Shown piece by piece: positions 63,567 through 64,000 of a stretch of DNA of 64,000 nt. The notes beneath the pieces were generated by a model. That model saw only the letters and a list, made by a program, of their open reading frames with translations, ran no database searches and was not told the origin of the DNA. The stretch is from Amoebidium appalachense. Lineage: Eukaryota > Protista > Ichthyosporea. The first letter of the stretch is position 1. Each line of letters starts with the position of its first letter. A program made the position numbers and the translations under genes. The stretch lies in NCBI GenBank assembly GCA_963693365.1, contig CAVNZM010000001.1, positions 3,178,907 to 3,242,906 on the forward strand, given 5' to 3'.

Positions 63567-64000
63567 GTACTGGAAGGCCGTGTTCCACAATGGGATGGTT
63601 TTAGAGGCTTGATGTAGTGCTTGGTGTCTGACAAAGAGACAAAGCGAAATTAAAAGCACACATGCAGGAATTGAAAACACACACGCAGGAAGCAGAAACA
63701 TAACACTGAGACTCCTGCAAGGGGTTTGTAGGCATGAACACACATGCACCCATGAAGGGGGGGGAAAAAAAAAACACCCCGAAACACGTGCACAGGGTTT
63801 ATGGGCATAAAACAGACACATGCAGGCATGAAAAAACACACAGGCAGTCATGAGAACATTCACAGATACACATGTACAATCCTGCTTGCACGTATTTGCA
63901 CAGTTCGCCACCCGTCTTTGTTTGTTTCCAACTCTTTTTCTCCCTCTCCCTTCCCCCTCCCTCCCCTTTCTCCTACCTCTCACTTCGGGCACACACACCT

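Overview
Eukaryotic genomic DNA with many introns, which are packed with (CA)n/(GT)n, (CT)n/(GA)n and poly-C/poly-G tracts. Almost all ORF-track entries are artefacts of these repeats. The conserved proteins look opisthokont but are not clearly animal or fungal, so a unicellular holozoan such as an ichthyosporean is plausible (inference only). Manual splicing gives six genes. (1) Exportin-2/CSE1 (+, 27 coding exons, 976 aa). (2) An unusual 3-exon minus-strand gene (895 aa) with an acidic/basic repeat N-terminus, a divergent YTH domain, a Pro-rich linker and a degenerate Swt1-like PIN domain. (3) A head-to-head intronless gene with a GRDP/DUF1399-like domain and a SUMO-like domain, broken by a +1 frameshift in a T-run. 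(4) A divergent beta-tubulin ending in an alpha-tubulin-like -GEEY tail. (5) A secreted G8/beta-helix protein of the TMEM2/CEMIP/PKHD1 type. (6) DUS1L, which probably continues past the window. Non-coding features include a MITE with RSS-like (Transib-type) ends, two other inverted-repeat elements, a tRNA-derived SINE-like element beside a palindromic repeat/spacer array, a dispersed intronic repeat family always in host-sense orientation, and minisatellites built from branch-point modules. All domain calls come from recalled motifs; no database searches were run.
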